From Octopus sinensis (taxonomy: Eukaryota): 64,000 bases of DNA. The stretch is from contig NC_043004.1 of the NCBI RefSeq assembly GCF_006345805.1, forward strand, positions 95,790,001 through 95,854,000. The letters run 5' to 3'. A program made the position numbers and the translations under genes. This document shows positions 13,184 to 25,454 of the stretch, one piece after another. The notes under the pieces are model-generated. The model was not told the DNA's origin. It searched no databases and worked only from the letters and a program-made list of their open reading frames with translations. Each line of letters opens with the position of its first letter. Positions within the stretch are counted from its first letter, which is position 1.

Positions 13184-13276
13184 AAAGTACATACAAGCTG
13201 AAAACAAAATGGGAGGATTTGCATCCCCAACCAAGAATTTTTGATGTAACACATGTCCTTGTGGAAGCTGTTGTGC

Positions 13277-13354
13277 GCGGCTGAAGAAGGCCACAGACAT
13301 ACATTATGCATTGTTATAAATCTGTCTAATAAAGGCCCGAAACATATGTACCGC
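13277..13354 (+). ncRNA. Type I hammerhead ribozyme motif (PLE-associated)
   Basis: GCGG-CUGAAGA-AGGCC..GGCCC-GAAAC-AUAU-GUA-CCGC. Stem I GCGG/CCGC, palindromic stem III ACAUAUGU, GUA cleavage triplet ending at 13350. Confidence 0.8.
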
Positions 13355-13387
13355 TGAATCCTTCGCATCATGTTTTTATTTTGATCA

Positions 13388-13424
<37 letters not shown>

Positions 13425-13557
13425 AATATATATATATATATATTTATTATATATATATGTATATAAATATGTATATATCTATATGTATATATACATACAC
13501 ACACACACACACATTTATACATATATATGTGCGTGTGAATGTGTGTGTATGGGGAAA

Positions 13558-13588
<31 letters not shown>

Positions 13589-13599
13589 CATATTTATAT

Positions 13600-13649
<50 letters not shown>

Positions 13650-13655
13650 TTATAT

Positions 13656-13687
<32 letters not shown>

Positions 13688-14044
13688 TTATATATATTTT
13701 TTTTCTTTTTTACTTGTTTCAGTCATTTGACTGTAGCCATGCTGGAGTGTATATATACAGGGTGTGATGGGTAAATTGTCACCATTTTGTATTTTTAATT
13801 TCATGCATATGCATTATTTGTTTTTGATTTTGTTCACTACCCAGTATGGTTGGGTCAGTGAGAAAAACAGCACCATGATACAATTCACTCTTTGGAAATT
13901 TAGAAATTTGTAAACGACATGCTATGCTGTTTGGCATTCATGCCAGAAGCTCCAGTACACACATTTCAGAGTGTTTGGATGTCAATCAGAGGATTGTGCA
14001 ATGTGAGGACATGTACCAAGTGTGATAAAAATCAAACACCCAGT

Positions 14045-14354
14045 CAACATAAAAAGCACCATCCGAACGTGGCCGATGCCAGCACCGCCTCGACTGGCTT
14101 CTGTGCCGGTGGCACATAAAAAGCACCAACCGATCGTGGCCGATGCCAGACCTCTCTGGCACCTGTGCAGGTGGCACATAAAAAGCACCCACTACACTCG
14201 CGGAGTGGTTGGCGTTAGGAAGGGCATCCAGCTGTAGAAACACTGCCAGATCAGACTGGTGCCTGGAGCAGCCCCTGGCTTCCCAGACCCCAGTCGAACC
14301 GTCCAACCCATGCTAGCACGGAAAACGGACGTTAAACGATGATGATGATGATGA
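14045..14354 (+). mobile_element. Family D element nested in the maT
   Basis: GGCGTTAGGAAGGGCATCCAGCTGTAG body and (GAT)n tail. Confidence 0.85.
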
Positions 14355-14403
14355 CCCAGTCAACATCATGGTGTTCTGAGTGATCACTAGTGATGATGAC
14401 GTT

Positions 14404-14631
14404 TGTTACACATTCATATCTATGTGTATACGTGTGGCACTATTTGTTAGTGAACAGTACGAACTGTATTTTAAAGTAAACAGTATTACTACGCTGTGTC
14501 TGAAGGTATATAGGTGTCGCTGCGCTGAGTGTGCGCAGTTCCTGTATTACGAAAAGTAAATAAACACGTGAAAGAATATCTATGCTTCGTATTGAGTTGT
14601 CTATCCCAGTAGAAAGAAACTACACATAACA
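14404..14631 (+). mobile_element. Single LTR (228 bp) of an LTR retrotransposon
   Basis: TGTTA...TAACA terminal inverted ends, TATA-like GGTATATAG, AATAAA, and immediately followed by a PBS. It interrupts maT coding sequence. Confidence 0.75.
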
Positions 14632-14662
14632 TGGTGGCAGCGGTGGGATTCGAACCCACGCC
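14632..14662 (+). promoter_or_regulatory. tRNA-Leu primer-binding site, extended to 31 nt
   Basis: TGGTGGCAGCGGTGGGATTCGAACCCACGCC is the reverse complement of the 3' end of mature tRNA-Leu, including the non-templated CCA. Confidence 0.85.
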
Positions 14663-15219
14663 ATCCCACATGGCCTCAAAAATCAACACAGGAGGAGATA
14701 GTGATGCACTGGGGTAAAAGCCTGGTTGCTGCAAGACCCTGTGTCTAGCAACAGGACTCTGCTCCATGCCACACAATCAGGAGGATCCAGTCATGGCTGT
14801 CGGACAATTTCTGCAACCGCATCACCCCTAACATCTGGCCACCTAACTCCTCAGATTGCAGCCCCCTTGGTTATTTATGTGTGAGGCGCAGTTGAGTGAG
14901 AGACCAACAAAACTGATTGTAACACCAAAGATGAACTGAAAGCAAGGATTATGGCAACATTCACCAACTTAAACAAGGAGACCATCCAGAAGAATTGCAG
15001 GAGATTTTGAAGTCGCCTGGAAGCCGTGGTTGTAGCCAATGGCGATTTTATTGAAGAAATTTACTCTTTAAGATATTTTTATATAATTTTAATAAACATA
15101 TCTGTTAAAATGAGATGTTAGTGTTATTTTCCTTTTTGCATAATTTAGACAGCAATTTATTCATTTCACCCTGTATGCATATATATATACATATATACAC
15201 ACACATACACACATATATA

Positions 15220-15275
15220 CAGTGATCCCTCACTAATTTGTTGTTCAACTATCGCGGATTCACGACTTCGGGGAT
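15220..15275 (+). mobile_element. Tigger/pogo-like terminal inverted repeat fragment
   Basis: TA|CAGTGATCCCTC..TCGCGGATTC. No partner end found. Confidence 0.4.
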
Positions 15276-15430
15276 TTTTAAAATATATATATATATGTAT
15301 CATATGAAATAAATGAAAAACAAGACTCAAAGGATGTTGTGGTACATATGTTTCGGGCTTTATAGAACAACTTATTCTTACATCAATGCATAATCGATAT
15401 ATATATATATATATTTTATTTTATAGAAGG

Positions 15431-15481
15431 AGCTTCTACAGGACTAGAACTGTTTCATTTAGATGAAATCTTCAGGAAGCT
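15431..15481 (-). ncRNA. Type I hammerhead-like motif with weak stem II
   Basis: AGCUUC-CUGAAGA-uuucaucuaaau-GAAACAG(uucuaguc)CUGUA-GAAGCU. 6-bp stem I, 4-bp stem III, GUA triplet. Confidence 0.55.
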
Positions 15482-15626
15482 GGTGGCAGCGGTGGGATTC
15501 GAACCCATGCCATCCAACATGGCCTCAAAAATCAACACAGGAGGAGATAGTGATGCACTGTGGCAAAAGCCTGGTTGCTGCAAGACCCTGTGTCTAACAA
15601 CAGGACTCTGCTCCATGCCACACAAT
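15481..15626 (+). repeat. 146-bp local duplication of 14632-14777 (PBS plus maT segment)
   Basis: Colinear at offset 849 with about 5 substitutions. Confidence 0.9.
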
Positions 15627-15994
15627 ATATGAACGCCTAAAATTTTTCATTATGGCTATTTCCATTAGAATCTCAGATTTATCAGCTAATGAGAAGATTT
15701 TTAATCTACATGCCTCAGTTTACCTGATACACCGAACCTGCAGAACGAGCTTCTTAACTTCTAACCATACAGCTATGCCTGTAACCATATTGAAGATATT
15801 CATACCACGTATATCATACCATATCAACAATGGGTGCAGGCATGGCTGTGTGGCATAGATGCAGGCATGGGTAAATGGCAAGAAGCTTGCTTCCCAACCA
15901 CATGGCACCTTAGGCAAGTGTCTTTTACTCAACCCTCAGGCTGACCAAAACATTGTGAGTGGATTTGGTAGACAGAAACTGAAAGAAGCCTATC

Positions 15995-16059
<65 letters not shown>

Positions 16060-16063
<4 letters not shown>

Positions 16064-16245
16064 TAATCCAAACATGAAAGCACATAAAAAACACAACAAC
16101 GCGAGGACGTGGAACAAATATAGTATTATTGGACGCTCAGGAAAGAAGGAAAGAAGGAGGGTTTAACGTTTTGAGTGGAGCTCTTTGTCGGAAACATAGG
16201 AGAAGGAAAGATCCAGAGAAGGGAAGACAGAGGAAAAAAAATCCA
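16060..16245 (-). mobile_element. PLE terminal fragment with decayed minimal hammerhead (16161-16195)
   Basis: GUUU-CCGACAA-A-GAGC ucc ACUC-AAAAC-GUU-AAAC. The G8 and G12 positions read A (CpG-type decay). (TA)n on both sides. Confidence 0.55.
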
Positions 16246-16261
16246 TATATATATATGTTTA

Positions 16262-16588
16262 TAGTGAAGGCACATGGTTCAATGGCTAGAGCGTCAAGCT
16301 TATGATTGTGAGGTTGTGAGTTCAAATCCCAGACGGGGCTGCAAGTTGTGTTCTTGTGCAAGACACTTTATTTCACATTACTCCAGTTCACTAAGCTGTG
16401 GAAAGGTGTTATGATGTCACAGATGCCAAGTTGTATTGGCTTTTGGATAACACTGGTGACATGGAGAGGGGAGACCAGCATACATGGGTGACTGCAGTCT
16501 TCCATAAATAACCTTGCCCAGACTTGTGCCTGGGAGGGTAACTTCCTAGGTGCAATCCTATGGTCAGTCATGACCGAAGGGGGTCTCT
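16262..16588 (+). mobile_element. tRNA-derived SINE, family C
   Basis: Head GGCACATGGTTCAATGGCTAGAGC..GAGTTCAAATCCC followed by a core-like TTGTGTTCTTGTGCAAGACACTTTA. Confidence 0.7.
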
Positions 16589-16629
16589 GCAAAAATATAT
16601 ATATGTGTGTGTGTGTATGTGTGTGTTTT

Positions 16630-16668
<39 letters not shown>

Positions 16669-17374
16669 TTATGTGTGGGGGTGTGTCTGTTTGGCCTCCC
16701 CCACTCACATCACTTGACAACCAATGTGGGTGTGCTTTTGTCCTTATGATATAGCAGTTTGACATAAGAGATCGATAAAATACGTACTAGGGCTTACAAA
16801 TAATAAGTCCTAGAGTCGATTTCTTCAACTAAAAACCCTTTAATCTGGTGCTCCAGGATGGCAACAGTCAGATGACTAAAATGAGTAAAAGAATAAAAGA
16901 TGAATTGTAGAAGAAATTTTTCTTGGTATATTTATGTGTGCAGGGTTAAATGCTTATGTAATAAGACTATGATAACATAGTCGTTATAACAGTTTTTAAA
17001 TAGAAAAATATAGGCTGTCACTTTGTGTCATGAAAATTGTAAGTGTTTATGCCGTTAGCTTATTTCCATTTATCTTTTAATTTTTATGGACGGAATAAAG
17101 ATTGTCAATTCTCTATTTATATGTATCGATATTTTTGTGCATGCATGTGTGTCTGTATGAATGTAAGTGACTTTATTTGTAATAAATTATATGAGCAGAC
17201 TAAAGTGTAAAATTTTAACAAATCCATATTGTCACAAGTTTTAACTTATATATATGATACTATACAAGTTTCATATGCATACATACTTACACACACACAC
17301 ACACACTCACACACATGTAGACGTATATTTACATACATACATACATATATACACACACACACACACATGTAGAC

Positions 17375-17406
<32 letters not shown>

Positions 17407-17556
17407 GTATGCACACACACATACACACCCATATACATATATATATACATACATATATATATATACAGTTCAAATTTACAGAAAACATAAGATAAAAAAA
17501 GGTGAGGGAACAACAAGCAGGTGTATTAGTTTGATGCTTGAGAAGAATGAAAAAAT

Positions 17557-17592
17557 CTTTGACGTTTCAAGCCTATGCTCTTCAACAGAAAG
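17557..17592 (-). ncRNA. Minimal type I hammerhead variant (CUGUUGA core)
   Basis: CUUU-CUGUUGA-A-GAGC auag GCUU-GAAAC-GUC-AAAG. Same element family as 28539 and 62421. Confidence 0.65.
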
Positions 17593-17908
17593 GAATGGGA
17601 GGAAAAAAATGGAGAGATAACAAAAAAAAAAAACGGATAGAGAGAAAAATGTGAGGGATTGATGGTTCAATATGATAAATATATAAATCTGCATGTGTGT
17701 GTGTCTGTGCGTGTGTGTTTGTGTGTGTGCACATTAGTTTGGAAAAATGGAAAACAAATTACTTCCTTGATATATCAAATATTTCATTTTATCTACAGCT
17801 ATTTTCATAACTCACATGAAAATGTCAACAATGAATAAAAGTCACATAATTACTAATTGTAAAACAATTATTAGCAACAGAAGTAGTATTAATATCAAAA
17901 GGCAATCT

Positions 17909-18295
17909 CTATATCCAACTAAACGTGGATGTTTTAGTAGTATGCCAAATACTGTGGTATTCACCTTAAATGGTCCTCTCATGTGGGCACATAGTGCATA
18001 AAAACACACATTTATGTTATTGGTAGACGGGAATCGTTTGTCAAAGGTACCGGAACTGCCAGAACATATCAGATTTTGCTGGTATGGAGCAAGTGGATAG
18101 GTGTCACAGAAGAGAGGCAGTACATTGACATCCCTTGATCTAGCAGTTCTGGCACCCATGATATATAATACACATCTGCCAATTACATAAATATGTGTGC
18201 TTTAATGCACCTTGCATCCATATAAGAGGACCTCTTAAGGAAAACACCACAGTATTTGATATTTTAACACAGCATCCACATTAAGTTGGATATAG
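17909..18295. mobile_element. Imperfect fold-back element (MITE-like), arms about 160 bp
   Basis: 17909-18066 aligns with the reverse complement of about 18135-18295 (e.g. CTATATCCAACT, CAAATACTGTGGT, GGTCCTCT, GGT.CC.GAACTGC.AGA). Confidence 0.75.
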
Positions 18296-18679
18296 TGGTT
18301 AACTTTTAGTTACTGTAGTTACTATATAAGAAGAAAATAAGTATATCAAAAATACATACAATAAGAAATACAAAAAGCTAAAATTAGAGTAAAAGGAAAA
18401 ATGATACAGATATTACAGCAATATAACAATAACATAGTGCAATCTTTCATATTTCTTACAGATAAAAATGTTCATGACAAGAATATTCATGAGACACATC
18501 ACAAAAATAACACTTTACCTCAGCATAAATAGCACTAAGATTTTAATAAGCCAACTGTCAAGTTACCTTACTCTACTGTGCCTAACTTAGTGTAAATAAT
18601 AGCGACATCTAAATGCAGCAGCTGAACAAGGATGATGATGATGATGATGGTGATAATGACTATGATAGAAATTCTACTA

Positions 18680-19050
18680 ATTTTATTTCTAAATCTAGTT
18701 TTGCCTACTCGAAACTCAATGCTTCAATAGGACAAATTATAGAGAAACTCGAAAATGAACAGGCATAACTTTGCAATAAAGGAAAAGTCACTCGATCAGT
18801 CAAATTACCAATCGATCACCAATTATGATAATGTTAACAGTATTTCTAATAATAATGTGAAAACGTACGATTTGCCAGACATCCCAAATCTATTCAAATT
18901 GCTGAACCAAATGGTAACTCATTAAAACAGAATCAATACAGTAAGGACAATGTGATTTTATGTAACTGTAGAGTATTTAATAATTGCCCATTAAGTGGAT
19001 ATTGTCAGAGTAAAATCGTAGTTTATAATTTTACAGTTAAAACTCGCAGT
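18680..19050 (+). mobile_element. Penelope-like element ORF remnant (Cys-rich linker before GIY-YIG)
   Basis: 18961-19044 translates CNCRVFNNCPLSGYCQSKIVVYNFTVKT, the CNCR..CPL.G.C..VVY motif of Neptune-type PLEs. Confidence 0.7.
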
Positions 19051-19900
19051 TGTTCATTCTATGATGAAACTCAAGTATTCAACTTCTCTCACTGAATAAA
19101 TTTTAGATATTAAATCTATGGTTATAATTTATAACTCAGAATGGCCTATCTTAAATGCTTTCAGACCATAGCAAAGTGACAGGAAGGATTACATTCGTTC
19201 TACATGTGACTCTCAAGAGATTATAAGAACTGATTTAGTTCATTATTGAACAAAAAGTGTGAAATTCAGTGTTGACAGAAATTATTGGGTATTTTGCAAT
19301 TATCAAAAACGAAACAGTAACAGAAATAGTGATCAAGAAGAAAAAAATTAGACCATAACACAAGAAGCAAAACTAAAAGTAAAATTAAATCTCCCAGTAT
19401 AGAATCATTTGCATATGATATGTTGATGCATATTTTATCTTTTATATTAAATTTAATTAATTTTAATTCATTTTGACTTATTATAATCTATAATTTTAAT
19501 TTGTTAATTTATAATTTTATTTTCACTTTTTATTCATACATTTATGCCTAAATTTACTATGCAAGTGAACATATGCATATGTATATAATCTGTGTATGTA
19601 TCTACATACGTGTTTGTGTGTGTGAGTGTGTGTATTTTGTGCATATTTGAATTTAAATGTAGAAGTAAGTGTATGCATATATATGTGTGTGTGTGAGTGC
19701 ATATGAATGTGTGTATATGAACGTGTGTAAATATATATGTATACGTTTGCGACTCTGTGCATGTATACATTTTGTATGTATATGTATGTGTGTACATGTG
19801 AGTGTATGCGTGAATTTGTGTGGATTTATATCTGTGTGCGTGTGTGTATACACACATACATATATACATATGTACAAATATACATATGCACATATATATG

Positions 19901-19960
<60 letters not shown>

Positions 19961-20385
19961 AATATGTAATTTGCGTGTGTCTCCATATCGATAAGTGTGT
20001 GCATAAACATTTGAATATATTGCTTTCATTTATGCCTCTGTATAATGTACTTTAATTACGATTTCATGTGAATTACCTGCATTTTATACGTCCTTAAATT
20101 TATGATGAGTGTCTATTTAACGTGTGTAGTGTATCTTAGTCACGTGCATTCCTTCATATAAGTACCAGAATGAAAATTGCTTCCGGGATGCCATCCCAGG
20201 TCCAAATATTTTTACGTACAAGGTCGATTTTTTCAATCTAAATATAAGAACAAACACAGGTATAGTAATAACCATTATTATTATATCTGTACATCAATCA
20301 ACGCAGATAAATCCAATAATAGGAAAATAATGTTTCAAATATTTTCAAAATGGGTTTCTATGCTTATTCATTTTGGTGATGATGT

Positions 20386-20663
20386 TCAAAGCATTTTCCA
20401 TTTCTCACAGCACCACCTGTTCCTGAGCCTACGATACTTCCCAACTTCACCTTTTAGCAACACGTAGTCAGACCAACACTGAGATAACATTTTTTTGAGC
20501 TGATTACCTTTGTATTTAAACCAATGAGATGTCTGCATTTTATCACCCTCTAATTTAATGCTTTTATTGTACATTTTTACTATCATATATTTCATTTCTA
20601 CCCTTATTTTCTTTTTACACACACCAACAGCTGAGATTAGCTTTCCCTGTTTCAAAAATGTTC
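20386..20663 (-). CDS. Candidate terminal coding exon (KQGKLISAVGVCKKK..RNRWCCEKWKML*), product unknown
   Basis: About 90 open codons in unique sequence, AG acceptors at 20664 or 20647, and an AT-rich UTR-like tail with ATTAAA near 20055. No homology recognised. Confidence 0.35.
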
Positions 20664-21402
20664 CTGTTTAAATGAACTGATAAGCAAATGACAGTTATTC
20701 ATCAAACTATTACTCAGTTAATGCAACTATCGGCCTTATTCAAATTATTATTACAGTTGTGATTTTCATTACTATTATTATTAATCTGATCATTATTATT
20801 AGTCCGTTTCACCTAAAGAAATTCCACCACAATAAATATTGATTAATTCCTTTATCAGCCACAAGGGCTCACATACACTAACGTTAAATGACATGGCACA
20901 GAAATGGCAAAGACAACACAAAACGAGACAAAGGGTTTTACAGCATGTAAACAATATATAACAATAAAAAAATTAAACACATTAAAACTCTCAAGTCCTC
21001 ATGGAAAAACCCTCAAAAGCTACAGGTGCTTGATCAACAGGGCTAGAGCCTTCTCTTTTTATATCTCACAGGTGTATGCTCAGAATTGGTCCTTTCACAC
21101 TGGCCATTCTTCCAACATTCATCACAACAAATAATAATGACTACATAATTATTATTTCATTCGTTGTATTTCCATGTGCAATATCAAAACAACAGGAGAT
21201 AAAATGACATTTTGAAATATGATTGAGAGTGTAGGGTTTCTAGTCTCCCTAATATTTTCTTTTCTAATTCAGGAGAATCTTTTGTTTTTGTCACTTTAAA
21301 GCATAATGCAATATTACACCTATTACAATTGGATTGGAATAATACTGTAGTGGAGTTTAATGATAGGTTAAGGAATTGAGCTCTAGAATTCTGAAGATAT
21401 AT

Positions 21403-21636
21403 ATTTCTTTACTGCCCTCAAGGGGCTAAACATAGAGGGGACAAACAAGAGCAGACAAAGGGATTAAGTCGATTACATCGACCCAGTGCAAACTGGTACT
21501 TTATTTATCGACTCCGAGAGGATGAAAGGCAAAGTCGACCTCGACGGAATTTGAACTCAGAACGTAACGGCAGACGAAATACGGCTACGCATTTCGCCCG
21601 GCATGCTAACGATTCTGCCAGCTCGCCACCTTAGAC
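21403..21636 (-). mobile_element. SINE family B
   Basis: Flanked by the 10-bp duplication GAAGATATAT. Confidence 0.9.
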
Positions 21637-21680
21637 GAAGATATATCAGTTATATATTATATGCACGTGTGTGCATGCAT

Positions 21681-21928
21681 GGGGAAACATGGTTTAGTAT
21701 TTAGGGTGTTTTAGTTTTGATTGTAAGGTTGTTGGTTTGATTCCTTGACTCTACTTTGCTCTGTGTTTCTAGTAAAAACCTAGTTTTTATGTTGCTCCAC
21801 TCCTCTCAGCTGGCAAGAATGGGTGATACTGTGATGGACCTGGTTCCCATTCATGTTGATGGGTCCGGATAATATATACTCCAGAGAATTTAGAAACTGG
21901 CCTTATGAGCCAGTGACTCAGGAAGGAA
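21681..21928 (+). mobile_element. Old tRNA-derived SINE
   Basis: Decayed A/B-box head and a GATGGACCTGGTTCCCATTC tail related to 53883-54179. Confidence 0.5.
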
Positions 21929-22029
21929 CTTTGATCCATTGGATACATACAAACATACACACACACCTAAACATATTCACACACATACACACGTATACAT
22001 ATATACATATGCACACACACACACATACA

Positions 22030-22289
22030 CACACCAGCATCGGTTGTCAAGCAATGCTAGGGGAACAAACACAAACATACACGCACACACACATATACAT
22101 ATATATATATACATATATATACGACGGGGTTCTTTCAGTTTCCGTCTACCAAATCCACTCACAAGGCTTTGGTCGGCCCAAGGCTATAGTAGAAGGCACT
22201 TGCCCAAGATGCCACGCAGTGGGACTGAACCCAGAACCATGTGGTTGGTAAACAAGCTACTTACCACACAGCCACTCCTGCACCTATAT
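22030..22289 (-). mobile_element. SINE family A, lacking the 3' tail
   Basis: Colinear with the family A head and linker. Confidence 0.85.
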
Positions 22290-22392
22290 ATGGCTAATAT
22301 TTAACTTTTAATAATACATGACCGTTTGACTTTATGATAAGTATGCATATGATATTACTTTTTCTGTCCTCGTTACCAAGCTTAAAACTTAC

Positions 22393-22554
22393 ATCTTTTT
22401 CATACATTTGTAATTTCTTCCTTCCAGCCGCTACAATTGAACTATATGTGATTCCTCTCCTTAGTATAATGTGTCCCCTGTTTCAATTCATTAACAAACA
22501 TCTCCAAAGGTCTCTGACATTATTAAGGTATTTCGAAACAATTTCGATCACTCT
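22393..22554 (-). pseudogene. Candidate 162-bp exon with one in-frame TGA
   Basis: Acceptor CATTTAG, donor GAT|GTAAGT, 54 codons RVIEIVSKYLNNVRDLWRCLLMN*NRGHIILRRGITYSSIVAAGRKKLQMYEKD. Confidence 0.3.
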
Positions 22555-23041
22555 CTAAATGAATTGTGGAGACTGCCAAAATCCTTGGTAAATTAGCGGA
22601 TGATGTGTTAATTTTTGTTATTTTGCATTGGTTCCATCTAACAAGCGATTAAATTTGCTGCTGTCATTTCCAAACTTTATATATAACTCAACTCCCACAC
22701 ACAAACATGAACATTCAGATGTCAAGATACAAAAGCAAGAACTAGACATTTGTCTGAAAATATACTGAAGTATTATTTACCTCTCTCTATATATATGAGC
22801 ACAGATGCATGCACACTCATACATACACACACATATGTACATATATGCATGTGTGTGAGTGTATATGTATTCATATATATATATATATATAGATATATAT
22901 AAATATTTAAGTAGTTGACTGAATTATCCTAGTATGGATAATTCGGTTAACCGATACCCGGGTAGCAAATTCACGTCAGAAAACACCGTTGAAGCTACAT
23001 GCCAAGGGCAGAGATCACGTGCTTTCGTGTGGAAATTTGTG

Positions 23042-23080
<39 letters not shown>

Positions 23081-23845
23081 TATATGCATATGAATATATC
23101 TGCATATATGAATATATCTACTTATATATGAGTGTATGTGTATCTATAAATAGATATATATTTATATATATATATACACACAAACATAAACTTATATGTG
23201 TGGAGGGTATAATGAAGACAGTGTATGCTCATTACTGTGCTTATAAGTAGCATATGGATTTTACAAAAATCTAAGTAGGTTATTATTGATGAGAGAACAG
23301 ACATGATTACAAAAACACAGAGTAAATGTGGGCAAGACCTTCATCTAAATATACATATGTATATATGTGTATATATATATAGGTATATATATGTATATGT
23401 ATCTACACACACACATGCATATATGCATATATATATATATATATTTATACACATATATATATGCATACATATATATACATACAAACACACATACACACAC
23501 ACACACACACATATATATACATATATATATATGTAGGAAGAAGTAAAAAGAGAGGTATGTAGTACCTAAATGTGTTCGCAAAGACATCAAGATGGTATAT
23601 AAATATAAGTGTATAATTTTTAATACATATTATGCATACACACAGGCCCATCTATATGTACATATACACATATCTATTTCTAAATAAGTGTTTATATATA
23701 TATATATATACATACACAATGTGTTTTACGTGTGGGTAAGTGTTTGTATAAGAGTGCATATATACGTACACTCAGTTGCATTTATATATAGATGCACAAA
23801 GACATATATTATGCAGATATATATATATATGCACATGTATTTATG

Positions 23846-23880
<35 letters not shown>

Positions 23881-24266
23881 CTATATTTATAGGAATGTCC
23901 ATGTGTGTGTATATATATGTACACACAAATTTTGTTTGTGTTTACTTATACATTTATATACACACACTTGTGCACAAACACACATGCACACACACAGACA
24001 TACACACACATATACACACACACACATATGCATATGCATCATTGTATATGTACATATACCTTTATGTATGCGTGTACGTAATTATGTAGAAGTTTGTATA
24101 TATACATATATGTATGGATTTATAAATATATGTACATACACATGCAAGATGTACATCTGTATGCATACACACACAGACATATACGCATACATATCTATAT
24201 ATATGTGTGTATCCATATGTATACTTACACACTGATATGCGTATGTGTCTTTGTGTGTGTATGGAC

Positions 24267-24305
<39 letters not shown>

Positions 24306-25033
24306 CCATGTATGCATATATATATATATGTATATATATATACATATGTATACATATACATGAGAATGTGTGTATGTGTGTGTGAATATATATATACACA
24401 CACATACATACAATTTTATAATCACATATATTTGTATACTTCTGTACATACACACACACACACACACATATATTTGTGTATAATTAGAAAGATAGAGAAA
24501 CAGACAGCAAATGAAAGACACATGTACATACATGGTGACAGACACATACAAGAATAAAAGAAAATTTACACACACTAACACAATTACACGCACACACACA
24601 CACAGACGCACACACACACACACATACATACACACAGACATACAGACGCGGATACATACCTGTCAATTAATTGGTCAGTGATTCCTCTCCTGAGTGATCT
24701 AAGGTCTCTCTAATGGCAGGATATTTCAGTCTTTATTGCTGCTGCTGAGTCGTGCCGCTGTATGTAGATCACCGCAAATATGTCATGCATGAACTGCTAT
24801 ATTTTTATATTGCATCAGATGAAAGAAATCTCTAGCTAAAAGACTTTTCGTCTTCTGATCATTCTTTGGCTTCACTCACACAGTCAACGTAGGGACAGAT
24901 GCACACTCTCTCTAGCATACATACATACATACAGGCATACATACATACATACATACATATGTGTTCACGTACATATATACGTATATGTAGAATTACACAC
25001 ATGCAGACAAACACACATATATCATACATACAT

Positions 25034-25067
<34 letters not shown>

Positions 25068-25454
25068 TATGCATAGAAATACACACAGAGAAACATATAT
25101 AGGTATATGTGAGTGTGTATATATATAAATTGATGTTCGCATATGCAAGTGTATATAAATCGACATATATGCATATGTATAGTAGTGGTGTGCGTTTCTA
25201 TTTTTGCACACTTATATACATGTATATATATGAGCGTGAGCATATATGTGTGTGTGTATGTGTGCATTCTTATTTCTCACAGATGCAAATACACATAGAA
25301 AATACTGTATGCCTCTGTATAGATGAATGTATATAATTATACATAGTTTATTCATTATTAACTATGTCAGGGTAGTTTGTACACATACATATAACTGCAT
25401 GCAATTGTGTATATGACTACAAATTCATTACATTAATAGATAGATATATATATA

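Larger units (their letters stand above)
13758..15173 (+). mobile_element. Internally deleted maT/DD37D Tc1-mariner transposon with nested insertions
   Basis: TA-flanked decayed TIRs CAGGGTG..ATG..TAAATTG. Fragments KRHAMLFGIH, PVNIMVF*VITSD, QQDSAPCHT..WPPNSSDCSPL(G)Y (37 residues between the second D and the third D position) and RLEAVVVANGDFIE. Confidence 0.85.
15832..16900 (+). mobile_element. SINE family A split by insertions in its (TA)n linker
   Basis: 5' half at 15832-15996 and 3' half at 16670-16900. Confidence 0.7.

Noticed and set aside
14632-14662. tRNA-Leu gene
   Set aside because: Only the 3' 31 nt are present and they include CCA, so this is a cDNA/PBS copy. SINE heads elsewhere likewise lack complete acceptor stems.
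20406-20429. Kinase-like GSGTGGAV glycine loop in an alternative frame
   Set aside because: That frame is closed by stops a few codons upstream and about a dozen codons downstream, and has no other kinase motifs.
22485-22554. F-box-like look of VIEIVSKYLNNVRDLWRCLLM
   Set aside because: Too short and lacks the LP..I start. Not supportable without a profile search.
24660-24845. Minus-strand exon candidate with strong donor ACAG|GTATGT
   Set aside because: All frames are closed from the plausible acceptors except a 50-bp option with a weak acceptor.
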